A DNA stretch of 64,000 nt from Amoebidium appalachense (taxonomy: Eukaryota; Protista; Ichthyosporea): assembly GCA_963693365.1 (NCBI GenBank), contig CAVNZM010000004.1, positions 1,423,449 to 1,487,448 on the forward strand, written 5' to 3'. How positions within the stretch are numbered: the stretch's first letter is position 1; every line of letters starts with the position of its first letter. The position numbers and the translations under genes were made by a program. Below the pieces are notes generated by a model that was not told where the DNA came from, made no database searches, and worked only from the letters and a program-made list of their open reading frames with translations. Positions 16,103 to 40,211 of this stretch are shown here, one piece after another.

Positions 16103-18518
16103 TTTATCCTTCTTCTTCTGGAATGCTCGGACACTGGGCCCCCAAAAGGGCCTCCCCCCCGGGACACTCGACGATAAAATCAGCTACATACAACAACAGA
16201 CAAACAACCACACGTTTACAGTGATTTGCGAAACACAGTTTAAAAACCACCACAAATTCAACTCTACATTGGTCGACACATCCACACACCCCGGTTACGC
16301 GAAAAACCGAGGCATTATTGTACTTGCCGCACCACACGTGAGAGTGAAGTGCAAACCGGTAGCAAAAACGGAATTCTCGGTTTCTATAGAGTTTCTTTCT
16401 AATGTTTTTACTTTTGTATATTACCCACCATCTATGTCGGTTGTCGAATTGACTCACGAGTTGTCACAGTTACCAATGTCCACTGTTATTTTAGGTGATT
16501 TTAACACGCGACTCCACCACACAGACACACTGCAAGTGAGTGTCGGGTACCCATCTAAGCCCCCGGAGCGTGCTATCCCTTTAGCAAGGTATGTCCAAAG
16601 TCACACTTTGCGGTTCCCTCAAATATCCCATGCCCACAACACCGACTGGGGAGTGGCCTTTTGGCCATCAACCATGTCAAAACTCTCTCTCCCTCCTAAC
16701 CTCTCTAGGTCATCTGACCACTCTCCTATCCTTTTCCTACCTAAGATCTCCCTTGATCTGCTCCCCCCTCCCCCTCCCACCTTTCGCCTCCGTCTATCCC
16801 AGCTTAAGTCACAGTGGGGTAGAGTTGATGTATGTGTATGCTATGCTACGAAACACCCTATATATATGCGCCTATTAGAATCTGCACAAGCCAGGCCAGA
16901 TTCACATCTCGTACTAGATACATGCACTAACTTTATTGTTGATGATTTGATAGATCTCGGTGATTATGCTGGCGGTGGTAGGAAGGAATATCCCGATGCT
17001 CTCTTGTTACCAAACACCACTCCCGCTAGACTAGGTGAACCCCTGTCTCAAAAGGAAAGCTTGCGCCGGCTTGCTAGTATGAATCGATTTGGCCCCCCTG
17101 CTCGTATTATTGGTGATACCACTGGAGACCCCCTCATAGACTCTGATAAGTATTTCTCGGAACTGTTTAAAGATAGGACCCCCGCTCAGAAACCTATTGT
17201 GTGGCCTGTAGACCCATCTATCCCCATAGAATCGATCCTCCCCTTTTTCAGTCCCGATGCCATATGGTCTGTGATATCTAGTTATAGCTCTAGTAAGTCT
17301 TGTGGACCTGATGGACTCCCTGCTGGGTTTCTTAAAATCCTTGTTCCCTCCTACCCACAAAAGGAAAGTGATCGTGCTATTAAACCTGATCTTACTATCA
17401 TGTTAAGCTCTCTCTTTTCTTGGTGTGTTAAATGTGGACATGTCCCGTCATCTTGGTTAGATACCTTAGTGATCCCCATAGTTAAGAAGGACTCTGAGGG
17501 CCCCATATCATCCTTTCGCCCCATTACACTAACCCAGGTTGTTCGTAGATTCTTTGAAGCTTGCTTACTTAGGTTATTTGCACATCACCCTAGGTTTCAA
17601 TCTATTCTTCACATACACCCATGCCAATCCGCTTTTCGTAAAAACAATTCATGTTATGTTCAAATAATGGCACTGCACGATTCTATGCAAGTTGGTGCAC
17701 AATATGTTGGCTTTATTGATTGGAAAACTGCTTACGATTCTGTCTCCCCTGGTCTCCTATGGGAAAAGCTTGCTGCACGGGGTGTACCACACTGCATTGG
17801 TGTTCTGTTAGAAGCACTCTTGTCTCAAACCTATGGTAGAGCTGTGGTTAATGGGCATCTTTCATATGGTTTTGCTCGTACTAGAGGTCTCTTGCAGGGT
17901 TCATTGCTTAGCCCCTTTTTGTTTAACCTATTTATAGATGATTTGGCTGTCAAGATTTACGCCGAAAACGATGACCCTATTAATAACTTTCCGCCTGCAC
18001 TTCTCTATGCTGATGATCTGTCCCTCCTTGCCCGTACCCCTAGACGCCTGCAAAGATTGTTCGATGTAGTGTCAGAGTGGTGCAAGGCAAACCTTATGAT
18101 CCTTAACATAGACAAATGTGGTGTTCTTGTACCTGATATAGCTAACAATTTACACACATTTACATTATCATCTAAACCTGTACCTATAGTTCCAGAATAC
18201 AAATATCTTGGTGTTCCGGTTGATTCTGTTGGTGTTATGTTTCCCCATATGGTCGAAAAGAGGGTAGAGTTGGCTCGTAAGCGGTTAGCTTTCTTCTCGG
18301 CTAATATTTTTAAAGACACACCCCTCCATCCTTCTATCCTTCTATTAGACTTACATTTATTCGCACTTTTGTCTTCCCGGCATGTGAATATGGTTTACCC
18401 CTTCTCGCCGCTTGGATCAAGAAAGAGAGAACTAGAGCGCTTAAACCCTTGGCAAATTTCCTTGAAGCAGAAGTTGCCTCCTTTCTATCTAACAACTGTT
18501 GTAAACCTGGGCCTGTAA
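16095..18518 (+). CDS. LINE ORF2 endonuclease plus reverse transcriptase (807 aa, frameshifted before the C-terminal domain)
   Basis: APE motifs WNARTL, ICETQ, ILGDFN, SDHSPI. RT motifs GPDG, FRPITL, DWKTAYDSV, LQGSLLSPFLFN, LYADD, YKYLG. Confidence 0.95.
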   Translation: MPNLSFFFWNARTLGPQKGLPPGTLDDKISYIQQQTNNHTFTVICETQFKNHHKFNSTLVDTSTHPGYAKNRGIIVLAAPHVRVKCKPVAKTEFSVSIEFLSNVFTFVYYPPSMSVVELTHELSQLPMSTVILGDFNTRLHHTDTLQVSVGYPSKPPERAIPLARYVQSHTLRFPQISHAHNTDWGVAFWPSTMSKLSLPPNLSRSSDHSPILFLPKISLDLLPPPPPTFRLRLSQLKSQWGRVDVCVCYATKHPIYMRLLESAQARPDSHLVLDTCTNFIVDDLIDLGDYAGGGRKEYPDALLLPNTTPARLGEPLSQKESLRRLASMNRFGPPARIIGDTTGDPLIDSDKYFSELFKDRTPAQKPIVWPVDPSIPIESILPFFSPDAIWSVISSYSSSKSCGPDGLPAGFLKILVPSYPQKESDRAIKPDLTIMLSSLFSWCVKCGHVPSSWLDTLVIPIVKKDSEGPISSFRPITLTQVVRRFFEACLLRLFAHHPRFQSILHIHPCQSAFRKNNSCYVQIMALHDSMQVGAQYVGFIDWKTAYDSVSPGLLWEKLAARGVPHCIGVLLEALLSQTYGRAVVNGHLSYGFARTRGLLQGSLLSPFLFNLFIDDLAVKIYAENDDPINNFPPALLYADDLSLLARTPRRLQRLFDVVSEWCKANLMILNIDKCGVLVPDIANNLHTFTLSSKPVPIVPEYKYLGVPVDSVGVMFPHMVEKRVELARKRLAFFSANIFKDTPLHPSILLLDLHLFALLSSRHVNMVYPFSPLGSRKRELERLNPWQISLKQKLPPFYLTTVVNLGL

Positions 18519-19297
18519 CGCTCTCGATATATGGTCTGGTCCCAATAGCTGCTAGAGTATCCTATCTCGCGCTGAAATTCAATAAGCACATAAGCCGCTT
18601 AAAGAAGTATTTGCCCTCCCACCCTCTCTTCTCTATCCGACCTGTCCCCTCCTCACCTCTCCCCTCTTTCCTCCCCTCTCTCTCCCCTTCTCCCCTGGGC
18701 ACAAATACAAATAAACCCCGCAATAGTGTGTGTGTGACTTTGGACTGCCACTTACTTATTAAACATGTACACAATCACAAGATAATCACGCAATATAACA
18801 AATGGAAAAAGATACCACACGACACTAGACCCGATGAAAGCATACACCTTGAAAAACTAAGCCTTATGTCTCGTTTTATATATACTGACCGCCTCAACCA
18901 TATTGCCAAATATGGCACTCGCAAGTGTATAACACCTAAATACATATTACCTTCCTGTAGAACTGGTCTTTCTCTAGCTGATGGTATTATTGATCAATTA
19001 CCACGCTTTTACTGTACACGTGCTATACAGTGGAGATCTAATAAGTATAAGGTGGCATCATTTGCATGCCCAAACAACACACACACACACCAGTTTAACC
19101 GGTCATGTATCGCCAAATGTAGTTTGATAGACCACATAATACCGCAACACACACACGTCACATTCACAACAGACACCCAGAAAGATAGCCTACCTGTAAA
19201 TTACAACATCCTTGATTTTATACTAAACACGCGTAACTACGACCTGTTTATTAGATGTATTGATTGGCTTGAGAAACACATCACTACAAAATTATAG
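18340..19297 (+). pseudogene. LINE ORF2 C-terminal domain, out of frame in copy A
   Basis: The same sequence is in frame with RT in copy B. Here it is separated by an 8-bp duplication ATCCTTCT near 18328-18343. Confidence 0.9.
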
Positions 19298-19997
19298 CGC
19301 ACGCGCACACACACACACAAACACACACACACACACACACACACAACCAGCTGATACCGAGTGTCCCGAGGGGAGCCCCTTTAAAAAAAAAAAAAAAAAA
19401 AAAAAAAATAAATAAATAAAAAAAATAAAAAAAATAAAAAAAATAAAAAAAAAACGGGGAACCCCAACTAATTGATTTCTCCTTGTAGTCTTTATGGTGT
19501 CTCGTAGAGAAAGTAAACCCTGATATATAGTCACCACCCGACATCTATGTACGTGATCATGATATACCGCTGAGGGGATATTCCGAGCAAACCCCCCCCC
19601 CCCCTACCTGAGACTGGTTCTCTTTGCCTCGAGTAAACAGCGTAAACCCCATCTAACTACAGATCTACAAGTTATATTGGTACTGATCTATACAAATAAA
19701 ATAGTCTTTAGGATGTTTGGCTACACTTAGTAGTGATTAATGTTTGCTCAACATGACGCCATTGTGACAGAAAGAAGGAGCTTCTAAAGTCCATGGGGCA
19801 ATCCCAAGCTATCAAAAGAGACGTCTCTAAAAGGTTTCTGTCGAACTAATCATTAAATTCCTTTGTTTCTGATCATCCAAAATTAACGATGGTGTTAAAA
19901 AAAATCACATAGTACCCATATGTATGCTTGCTATGGAAACATTGCTACATCCAATAAACACTACTTGAGTTATTAAACAGTATTTCTGCTAAAATGT

Positions 19998-26879
<6,882 letters not shown>

Positions 26880-27526
26880 GGCTGGTGTGTGGTGAAAGGG
26901 TCGGCGGTGAAGAAGAAAAATGCTGAACCGGGGGACTGAAAGTGATGCGCGATGGTGGATGAAGGTACGAGAGAAAGAGATCATGTGGATTTCAGGGACT
27001 TAATGTCTGCTGGAAGCTATGAAATGGTGATTGTTTGGGGGAGAAAACACAACCCAATGGGTGGCGAATCTGTGGTATCGGTAGGAAAACTTATAACAGA
27101 GGAGGACTGTTTGGGCAACAGATGGGTTACAGGAAGAATACTAATACGTAACCTACAGTTACACAAGTGAGCTATCGTATGTTTTTGGAGTCGAAAAGGG
27201 TCTTATGCACACGTTTTTATGCAAGCATCACTTTCTTTGACCCTGACAGAATGGCACAAAGAAACTGTCCAGCACCGTCCTAGGCCTGCCAGTGCTTGAC
27301 GTCAAGTCCCTTGTCAGCAACTAAACAGGGTGCGCGCTGTGATTGGCTAAATGCGCACTAACAAATGGCTCACCAATCATATTCTATATATTACTATTTT
27401 TGGAGTGGGTGCAAATATTCTTGCAGCTGACCCAAGGCCTCAGATCTGAAGCAATTGCAACTGCGCTGAGGCAACTGCACACGTCAGAAGTCTGCCCAAT
27501 TCTCAGTAGTAGAACACAGCTTACCC
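26880..27526. promoter_or_regulatory. Putative bidirectional promoter between the dioxygenase and TRMT10
   Basis: Divergent ATGs about 650 bp apart. The region is microsatellite-free and has opposed CCAAT boxes (GATTGGCT ~27341, ACCAATCA ~27372). Confidence 0.55.
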
Positions 27527-32601
<5,075 letters not shown>

Positions 32602-33269
32602 TAACTTGCATGAATGAATATTCCTATTGTTTTTTCAGTATTATAATATGAATGATTTTAGAACTGTATACCCATGCTTGTGGTAATATTTGTTAATGAA
32701 TGGATCATATGAAGGGCCTGTTCGTGACAGGTGAATAAACCAAGTCTCTTACACACCGCACAGTGTGTGTGTTAGGTGCTGTATTCGAACAACGGTGCTG
32801 ACTTGTCATCTGTGTGTGTGTTATGTACGTGTGTGTGCGCACGCGCAAATGCGTGTTTGTAGGTGTGTGCATGTATCCGGTGAGCGTGTACATGTACGTG
32901 TGTGTACGGTGTGTGCGCGCGGACATATCGATGTGTGTATGTGCGTTCATGTGTCCTTGCGTGTGTGCATGTATCCGTGTGTTGCTTGGAAGCGGATGGT
33001 TGTTGGTGTTTGAAAGTGGTGTGAATCAGAAACTGCAATCTGGTTGCGTGTGTATCTGTACGTGTGTGTCTTGTTATGCATGCCCGTGCCTGTGTGTGCG
33101 TGCGCGTGTATCCGAGTGCCATTTCAGAAGCGATTGTTGTGTGGGTGTAGGTATGTGTGTGGGTGTGTATGGCTATGTGTAACTGAACAGTCACCGGTTT
33201 GTTTACTCGTGAACACCTTCTTACAAACTTAAAGAATTTCTTGGAGTGTGTGGTTGTGAAGGTGTGCAT

Positions 33270-33300
<31 letters not shown>

Positions 33301-34579
33301 CGCGTGTACACGTATAGTCTGTGTGGTGTGCATGTAGCGTTCGTGCGCGTACGCGTGCACGTGTGTGTGTGGGTGGGTGGGTGGGTGGGCGTGGGCGTGT
33401 GGCTGTGTGTGCGACTGTATATGTGTGTGACGGTGTGGTGTGGGGGGGGGGGGGGGGGGGGGGGGGGGGGAGAGGGTTGTGTGGGCTTCTGCTTGTGTGT
33501 GTGTCCACGCGCACGCGAGTGTGGCACCGTCAGGGGTGGTTGTGTGAGCCTGTGTTAAGTTTGTGTGTGTGTGTGTGTGGGTGGGTGTGTGGGTGTGTGG
33601 GTGTGTGGGTGTGTGGTGTGGGTGTGTGTGTGTGTGCGTGCGTTTTGGTGTTCGTGCGTGCATGGGCATGTGTGTGTGTGTGCGCGCGCGTGATTAAGTG
33701 CCTGTTGTGCGGAAGCCTGCCTATAATCAGGTGCATATATTTTGGGTGCTCGTGGAAGTGGGGGTGAGGGTACATGTCTGCATCTTGGCTTGTGTGTCTG
33801 CATGTGTCAAAACCTTTGTGTATGTGTCTTTTAGTATATGTATCCGTGCCAATGTAAGAATGAAAGGCGAGGGTCAGCTTTCTCCCATTAACTACTGGTG
33901 GGGAAGGGGGAAAGGAAAGGCGAGCATAAAGATGTAACATAGTCATACAATACTTCTTCAAGGAATACTTTCCTACAGCATGGCTGTGTGCGCGCTCAAT
34001 TTCCTAGATCCGGGTGTGTTAGTCTCCATGTGAGTTACCCAGCCTTTTCCTGTTTGCAAGATCCCCCCCCTCCCCTCCCCCCCCCCCCCCCACACACACA
34101 CACACACACTTGCACACACTCACACACGTAGAAAGGACAAACATGGAGAACCACACATAAATACAGACACCTAGACAGCCTTGCACAAAGCAAAAGAAAA
34201 GGGTTTCCAAGCCTTCCAGAAACAAGTATTCCCTAAAGAGTCCAGGTGTGTCAAGAGATGTTATCATTCAGCGCCAGCGCCGTATTCCACTTGACCTGCA
34301 AGCGCTCGTTTATTCTTCTTCCGACGTAGCACATTGAAGTCGAGCGCAACAGAAGGTCTTCTAGTTGTATCTTCCAGAAGTTGTCGTGTTGTAACACAAT
34401 GGTGGTTGACGTACAGTCTAGCCGTATGAAACGAAAGAAGTTGTTGTATAAATGCATCATCGTTGCGCAGTTATCAATTCATTGTAACATGTACGTTCGT
34501 GTTATATCTCCCATCCTCCTTAGGTTTTTTCGACGTGTGTCGATATTTTTCCGTAACGAAGAACGTGAAGTTCCCCAGT

Positions 34580-34813
34580 TTAGGCCTCGACGTCCTTCAG
34601 CTCAGCAGGCAGGTCATTCTTCGGGTGCTTGCTCTCGAAATGCTGCTTGTATGTCTTGGGGTCGGACATCTGCGTCATGCACACAGCACACTTATACACT
34701 AGCGCCTTCTCCGCCGCTTTTTTCTGCAGCATTGAGTTTCCTGCCTTGGCCTTGTCGGCTGCCTTCTTCTGGGCCTTCTGTTGCGACTGGATCTTCTGCT
34801 GACCGCGCGCCAT
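34580..34813 (-). CDS. ZNF706: Zinc finger protein 706-like (SERF/4F5 N-terminus plus C2H2), single coding exon
   Basis: MARGQQKIQSQQK...YKCAVCMTQMSDPKTYKQHFESKHPK is recognisably similar to animal ZNF706. Confidence 0.95.
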   Translation of the reverse strand: MARGQQKIQSQQKAQKKAADKAKAGNSMLQKKAAEKALVYKCAVCMTQMSDPKTYKQHFESKHPKNDLPAELKDVEA

Positions 34814-35579
34814 TCTCAGTGTGATATTATCGAATTTAGTTAAAAGTTTTACAAAGATTAACAGTATATGTTAATTGCACAAGGAGCGCGATAGAACATA
34901 GTTCCTCAGATTTCGGAATGTTTTGCAGGACGAGAAACAGCTTCGCTTTGAGTTGTGAGAGGCGTTGAAACGGACGAGTCGTGTGGGCGTCAGCTGTTAC
35001 TGTTGGGTGCATGAGTGAGAACTAACGATAAGATATGATTGGTTTAGAGCTTTTTAGCAGCATAGTGCTAGAACTGGAATGGGGCGTAAAAAGTGAAAAT
35101 TGGTCATTATAAAACCCAGCAATGCCAACGTCACACTGGCAACGTGAGCAGGTGTCCTCTAAATACAAAAGATGATCTTATTTATATTTATTATGTTGTT
35201 AAAAGGTGTTTTGTGTTTTTTTTTGTTTGAAAAACATATGATGCACATGTTTGGATTGTACATTGACAAATGTGAGGCAAGGAAATCTGTGGGGAAATTT
35301 CGCTACTGAGTCTAGCAAGGCCACATGCATGCAGATGTGACCTCTTCACAGTGTTATAAAGTGATGACATCTGGCAAATACTGCCAACAAGAGACAAAAC
35401 AACAGACTAAACAGCTTACATATATAATTTTATCTCAATTTCTGCATTTTTCATTTATTTACATATACTATAACAGAAAAACAATGCCGAAGTTCATGCC
35501 TCACTCATGAACTTCCTGCGACTATTCTCGACTCCGACCTATAAATAGCTTTTGAATCCCAGCCTGATGCTATATATAG

Positions 35580-37054
35580 CACTCTTGTCTCAAACCTATG
35601 GTAGAGCTGTGGTTAATGGGCATCTTTCATATGGTTTTGCTCGTACTAGAGGTCTCTTGCAGGGTTCATTGCTTAGCCCCTTTTTGTTTAACCTATTTAT
35701 AGATGATTTGGCTGTCAAGATTTACGCCGAAAACGATGACCCTATTAATAACTTTCCGCCTGCACTTCTCTATGCTGATGATCTGTCCCTCCTTGCCCGT
35801 ACCCCTAGACGCCTGCAAAGATTGTTCGATGTAGTGTCAGAGTGGTGCAAGGCAAACCTTATGATCCTTAACATAGACAAATGTGGTGTTCTTGTACCTG
35901 ATATAGCTAACAATTTACACACATTTACATTATCATCTAAACCTGTACCTATAGTTCCAGAATACAAATATCTTGGTGTTCCGGTTGATTCTGTTGGTGT
36001 TATGTTTCCCCATATGGTCGAAAAGAGGGTAGAGTTGGCTCGTAAGCGGTTAGCTTTCTTCTCGGCTAATATTTTTAAAGACACACCCCTCCATCCTTCT
36101 ATTAGACTTACATTTATTCGCACTTTTGTCTTCCCGGCATGTGAATATGGTTTACCCCTTCTCGCCGCTTGGATCAAGAAAGAGAGAACTAGAGCGCTTA
36201 AACCCTTGGCAAATTTCCTTGAAGCAGAAGTTGCCTCCTTTCTATCTAACAACTGTTGTAAACCTGGGCCTGTAACGCTCTCGATATATGGTCTGGTCCC
36301 AATAGCTGCTAGAGTATCCTATCTCGCGCTGAAATTCAATAAGCACATAAGCCGCTTAAAGAAGTATTTGCCCTCCCACCCTCTCTTCTCTATCCGACCT
36401 GTCCCCTCCTCACCTCTCCCCTCTTTCCTCCCCTCTCTCTCCCCTTCTCCCCTGGGCACAAATACAAATAAACCCCGCAATAGTGTGTGTGTGACTTTGG
36501 ACTGCCACTTACTTATTAAACATGTACACAATCACAAGATAATCACGCAATATAACAAATGGAAAAAGATACCACACGACACTAGACCCGATGAAAGCAT
36601 ACACCTTGAAAAACTAAGCCTTATGTCTCGTTTTATATATACTGACCGCCTCAACCATATTGCCAAATATGGCACTCGCAAGTGTATAACACCTAAATAC
36701 ATATTACCTTCCTGTAGAACTGGTCTTTCTCTAGCTGATGGTATTATTGATCAATTACCACGCTTTTACTGTACACGTGCTATACAGTGGAGATCTAATA
36801 AGTATAAGGTGGCATCATTTGCATGCCCAAACAACACACACACACACCAGTTTAACCGGTCATGTATCGCCAAATGTAGTTTGATAGACCACATAATACC
36901 GCAACACACACACGTCACATTCACAACAGACACCCAGAAAGATAGCCTACCTGTAAATTACAACATCCTTGATTTTATACTAAACACGCGTAACTACGAC
37001 CTGTTTATTAGATGTATTGATTGGCTTGAGAAACACATCACTACAAAATTATAG
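35580..37054 (+). pseudogene. LINE ORF2 3' part (RT core to C-terminus, uninterrupted frame)
   Basis: LQGSLLSP, LYADD and YKYLG continue in frame to ...CPNNTHTHQFNRSCIAKC...KHITTKL. Confidence 0.9.
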
Positions 37055-37058
37055 CGCA

Positions 37059-37129
<71 letters not shown>

Positions 37130-37161
37130 CCAGCTGATACCGAGTGTCCCGAGGGGAGCCC

Positions 37162-37200
<39 letters not shown>

Positions 37201-37395
37201 GGGGAACCCCAACTAATTGATTTCTCCTTGTAGTCTTTATGGTGTCTCGTAGAGAAAGTAAACCCTGATATATAGTCACCACCCGACATCTATGTACGTG
37301 ATCATGATATACCGCTGAGGGGATATTCCGAGCAAACCCCCCCCCCCCATACCTGAGACTGGTTCTCTTTGCCTCGAGTAAACAGCGTAAACCCC
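35580..37395 (+). mobile_element. LINE copy B, 5'-truncated within RT, with 13-bp TSD
   Basis: TSD ATGCTATATATAG at 35567-35579 and 37396-37408. The sequence matches copy A but lacks the 8-bp duplication. Confidence 0.96.
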
Positions 37396-37915
37396 ATGCT
37401 ATATATAGGCTAGAATCTAGGCCCTCCGGCCGCACGGTGAGCCACCGGTTACGTGATAGCGAGAGGTCCGTTGTAGGTCTCCTGTCAACCCGTCGGCAGG
37501 CACCCGGCCTTTCAAAGTCCCCCCCCCCCCCCCCCCCTTCCTCCCCCTCCCCCCCTCCACCCCCCCCCCCCCCCCAACAACACCCTCTCCTATCTGTGCC
37601 TACCTACGCCTATCTGGCACACACACGTGATGATACATAGCTCATGGCAAGCGAGAACGGAGGGACCAGCTGGACATATACATGCGACCGGTACTAAGTG
37701 GGCCATTGAGCGTGTTGTGAAATTGAATATTGGAATTGTCACACGCCGTGGCCCGAAAGCCAGAAATATCCAGGTAGATGGCCAGGAAGCATGCTGGTCA
37801 CCCACCCTATGCCCCCGCCTCCCCCCTCCCCCCTCTCCTCTCGAGGCTCCCCCCCTCAGCCCCCGGCAACGGCCTCCCTCCCTCCCTCCCTCCCTTATCA
37901 TGAGGCTCCCCGGAG

Positions 37916-38187
<272 letters not shown>

Positions 38188-39117
38188 CCCCCCCCCCCCC
38201 CCTCCCCCCCCCCCCCCCCCCTTAAAAAAAGAAATCCCCCCCCCCCCCCCCTGCCGCCACCCAAACCCCCCCCCCCCCCCCCCAAAAAAAAAAAATAAAA
38301 TAAATCATGGGCCACCTTGGATAGCCTCATCCCTTTCCCCGGGGCAATCTACAGCACATACAGAAGCCGAATACTATGCCATACTTTCAAATGGCTGTTC
38401 CCAACCGAAGAGTAGTGTGCTATTAGATGTTCAGCTCGACCGTATTCAACACCATATATGATAAGTAACCTTTCACTGCATATATGTACATTATATTTGC
38501 AGGATCAATTCTGCTCAGTGTAGCAGTATATTCATCAGTGCTAAATGCTGGCTCTAAACTTGCTTTTGAATAAATAAAAGTATTCTGCTACAAGCAGAGG
38601 GATGCAGAATGATTCAGCATTAGGCTACAAGCAGAATTAATTCTCAGTCTCGTGCCTAATCTGCAAAATAAGCAGAATAGATCTGCTATAGCTAACACCA
38701 AGAATACTTCCGCAAAGCAGGTCGATTCTGCCGCTTTCTCAGAGTCACGTGATCATCTAGTTATAAAATTTTGCACAATACGAACTCGCTACAATAAGGA
38801 TCCTGAAATATTTAAAATTTTGTTTGCTACAAAATTCGGCACAACTTGTGTAATATCTGCTCTTTCCTACCGTGGTGGCTGGGGAGTTAGCCTGGCCATA
38901 GGCAAAGTGTGCACTACCTAATAGTTAGGGCTGTATACGATGCGCTTAGCTGAGCACATAGATAGCACCCTAACGTTAACTATGTATAGCGTATTGTCGC
39001 GATCGGTGCTGAGTACGGTAGGCGGTAGTATCTTCGAGGGCCTGCAAAGGCCCTCCGGAAACAAAACGTGACAAAATAAAAAAATCTTGTTTTTTTTTTT
39101 TTTTTTTTTGTTGGTGT

Positions 39118-39164
<47 letters not shown>

Positions 39165-39674
39165 ATAATTCATATGCTTGCAGCCTCGTTCTACTCAATG
39201 ACATCCTATATAAGACTGGCTGGGGGCTAGTAAGTACTAAGTAAGAGTCGTGGCTTCCCCTCCTCAGTGCCGCTGAATGGTCGAAGATGCTCTATGAGTC
39301 ACAGTGACTATGTAGTGTGTTCTGTTCCCCATGAGGGAGTTGGTATTTCGTGTTGGCGGCTTTTCAAACGCCGTAATGCTAAGACGTATTTACTGGCTTG
39401 CATGCTTGGTACTTGTGCGGCAGCTGCTTGTTTGCTCCAATGATTGGATTGTTTGGCTGCAGACTTGTCTTTCTTTCAAAATGCTAATCGGTTTGTCAGC
39501 TGCAGGCTACCTCGAGCTTTTCAAGGAGCCCAGATGATTCCCAGTTCTTATTGAATCCGCTTACAGGCAACTTTCCCTCCATTTTCCCCGTCCACAGCAT
39601 ATTAATTATTACGGTACGGTAACCCTCCTAGGCCTTGTTTCAGACTTCCTCTGAAGGAACCCTGCACTGCAATG

Positions 39675-39719
<45 letters not shown>

Positions 39720-40003
39720 ATTTTGGGGGAGGAGGGGGGAGAAGTTTAGGGAAGGGGAGGAGAAAGGGAGGTGGGGGATGCGGGTGTGTGTGGGGGGAGA
39801 ATGGGCGGGGCGGGGGGGGGGGGGGGGGGGGGGGGGGGAGGGGGGGGAGGGGGGACTACGTGCCGGCTGCACTATGTACCTCATGATACGCCTCCTGATG
39901 TCATTATTCAAATTGCTGTTGAGCTATTCCTGCAAGTGTAACAGTTTTCATTAAGTCGTAGCCTAGGCTGTATTCGTATCAGTATTGGAATTGAGCAACA
40001 CTA

Positions 40004-40211
40004 CAGGGGTGGGCTAAATATAAGATTTTCCGTAAATGATATTCTAGCGCTAGAAAATTTGAAAATATTAAGATTCTAGCTGTCTAGCCCCCATGGCACA
40101 TATGAAAAGTAGGATTTTCCTCCTTGTCCTTTTGGGCTAGGGGGGTCTGGGACTAGGATTCTAGCTGGCTAGGGCCGAAATCCACGTAATCTTATATTCG
40201 GCCTACCCCTG
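40004..40211. mobile_element. MITE, Tc1/mariner-type
   Basis: TIR CAGGGGTGGGCTAAATATAAGA versus reverse complement of the right end CAGGGGTAGGCCGAATATAAGA (19/22). TA on both sides; internal CTAG-rich repeats; 208 bp non-coding. Confidence 0.82.

Larger units (their letters stand above)
15718..19650 (+). mobile_element. APE-type non-LTR retrotransposon (LINE), copy A, 5'-truncated within ORF1
   Basis: Nearly identical to copies B and C from GTTCATCCGTGAC (15718) to CGTAAACCCC (19650). No TSD found. Confidence 0.96.

Noticed and set aside
18300-18520. Canonical -1 slippery site rescuing the LINE ORF2 frameshift
   Set aside because: TTTTAAA and CTTAAAC are nearby, but neither is an in-frame X XXY YYZ heptamer.
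19454-19650. Hammerhead or HDV ribozyme in the LINE 3' segment
   Set aside because: No CUGANGA/GAAA core or HDV nested pseudoknot could be laid out by eye.
38500-38700. Short inverted AATTCTGCT/AGCAGAATT repeats suggesting a MITE
   Set aside because: Too short and scattered; no clear termini or TSD.
39025-39035. GTAGTATCT resembling the U2 snRNA branch-recognition sequence
   Set aside because: The flanking U2 stem I and Sm site are absent.
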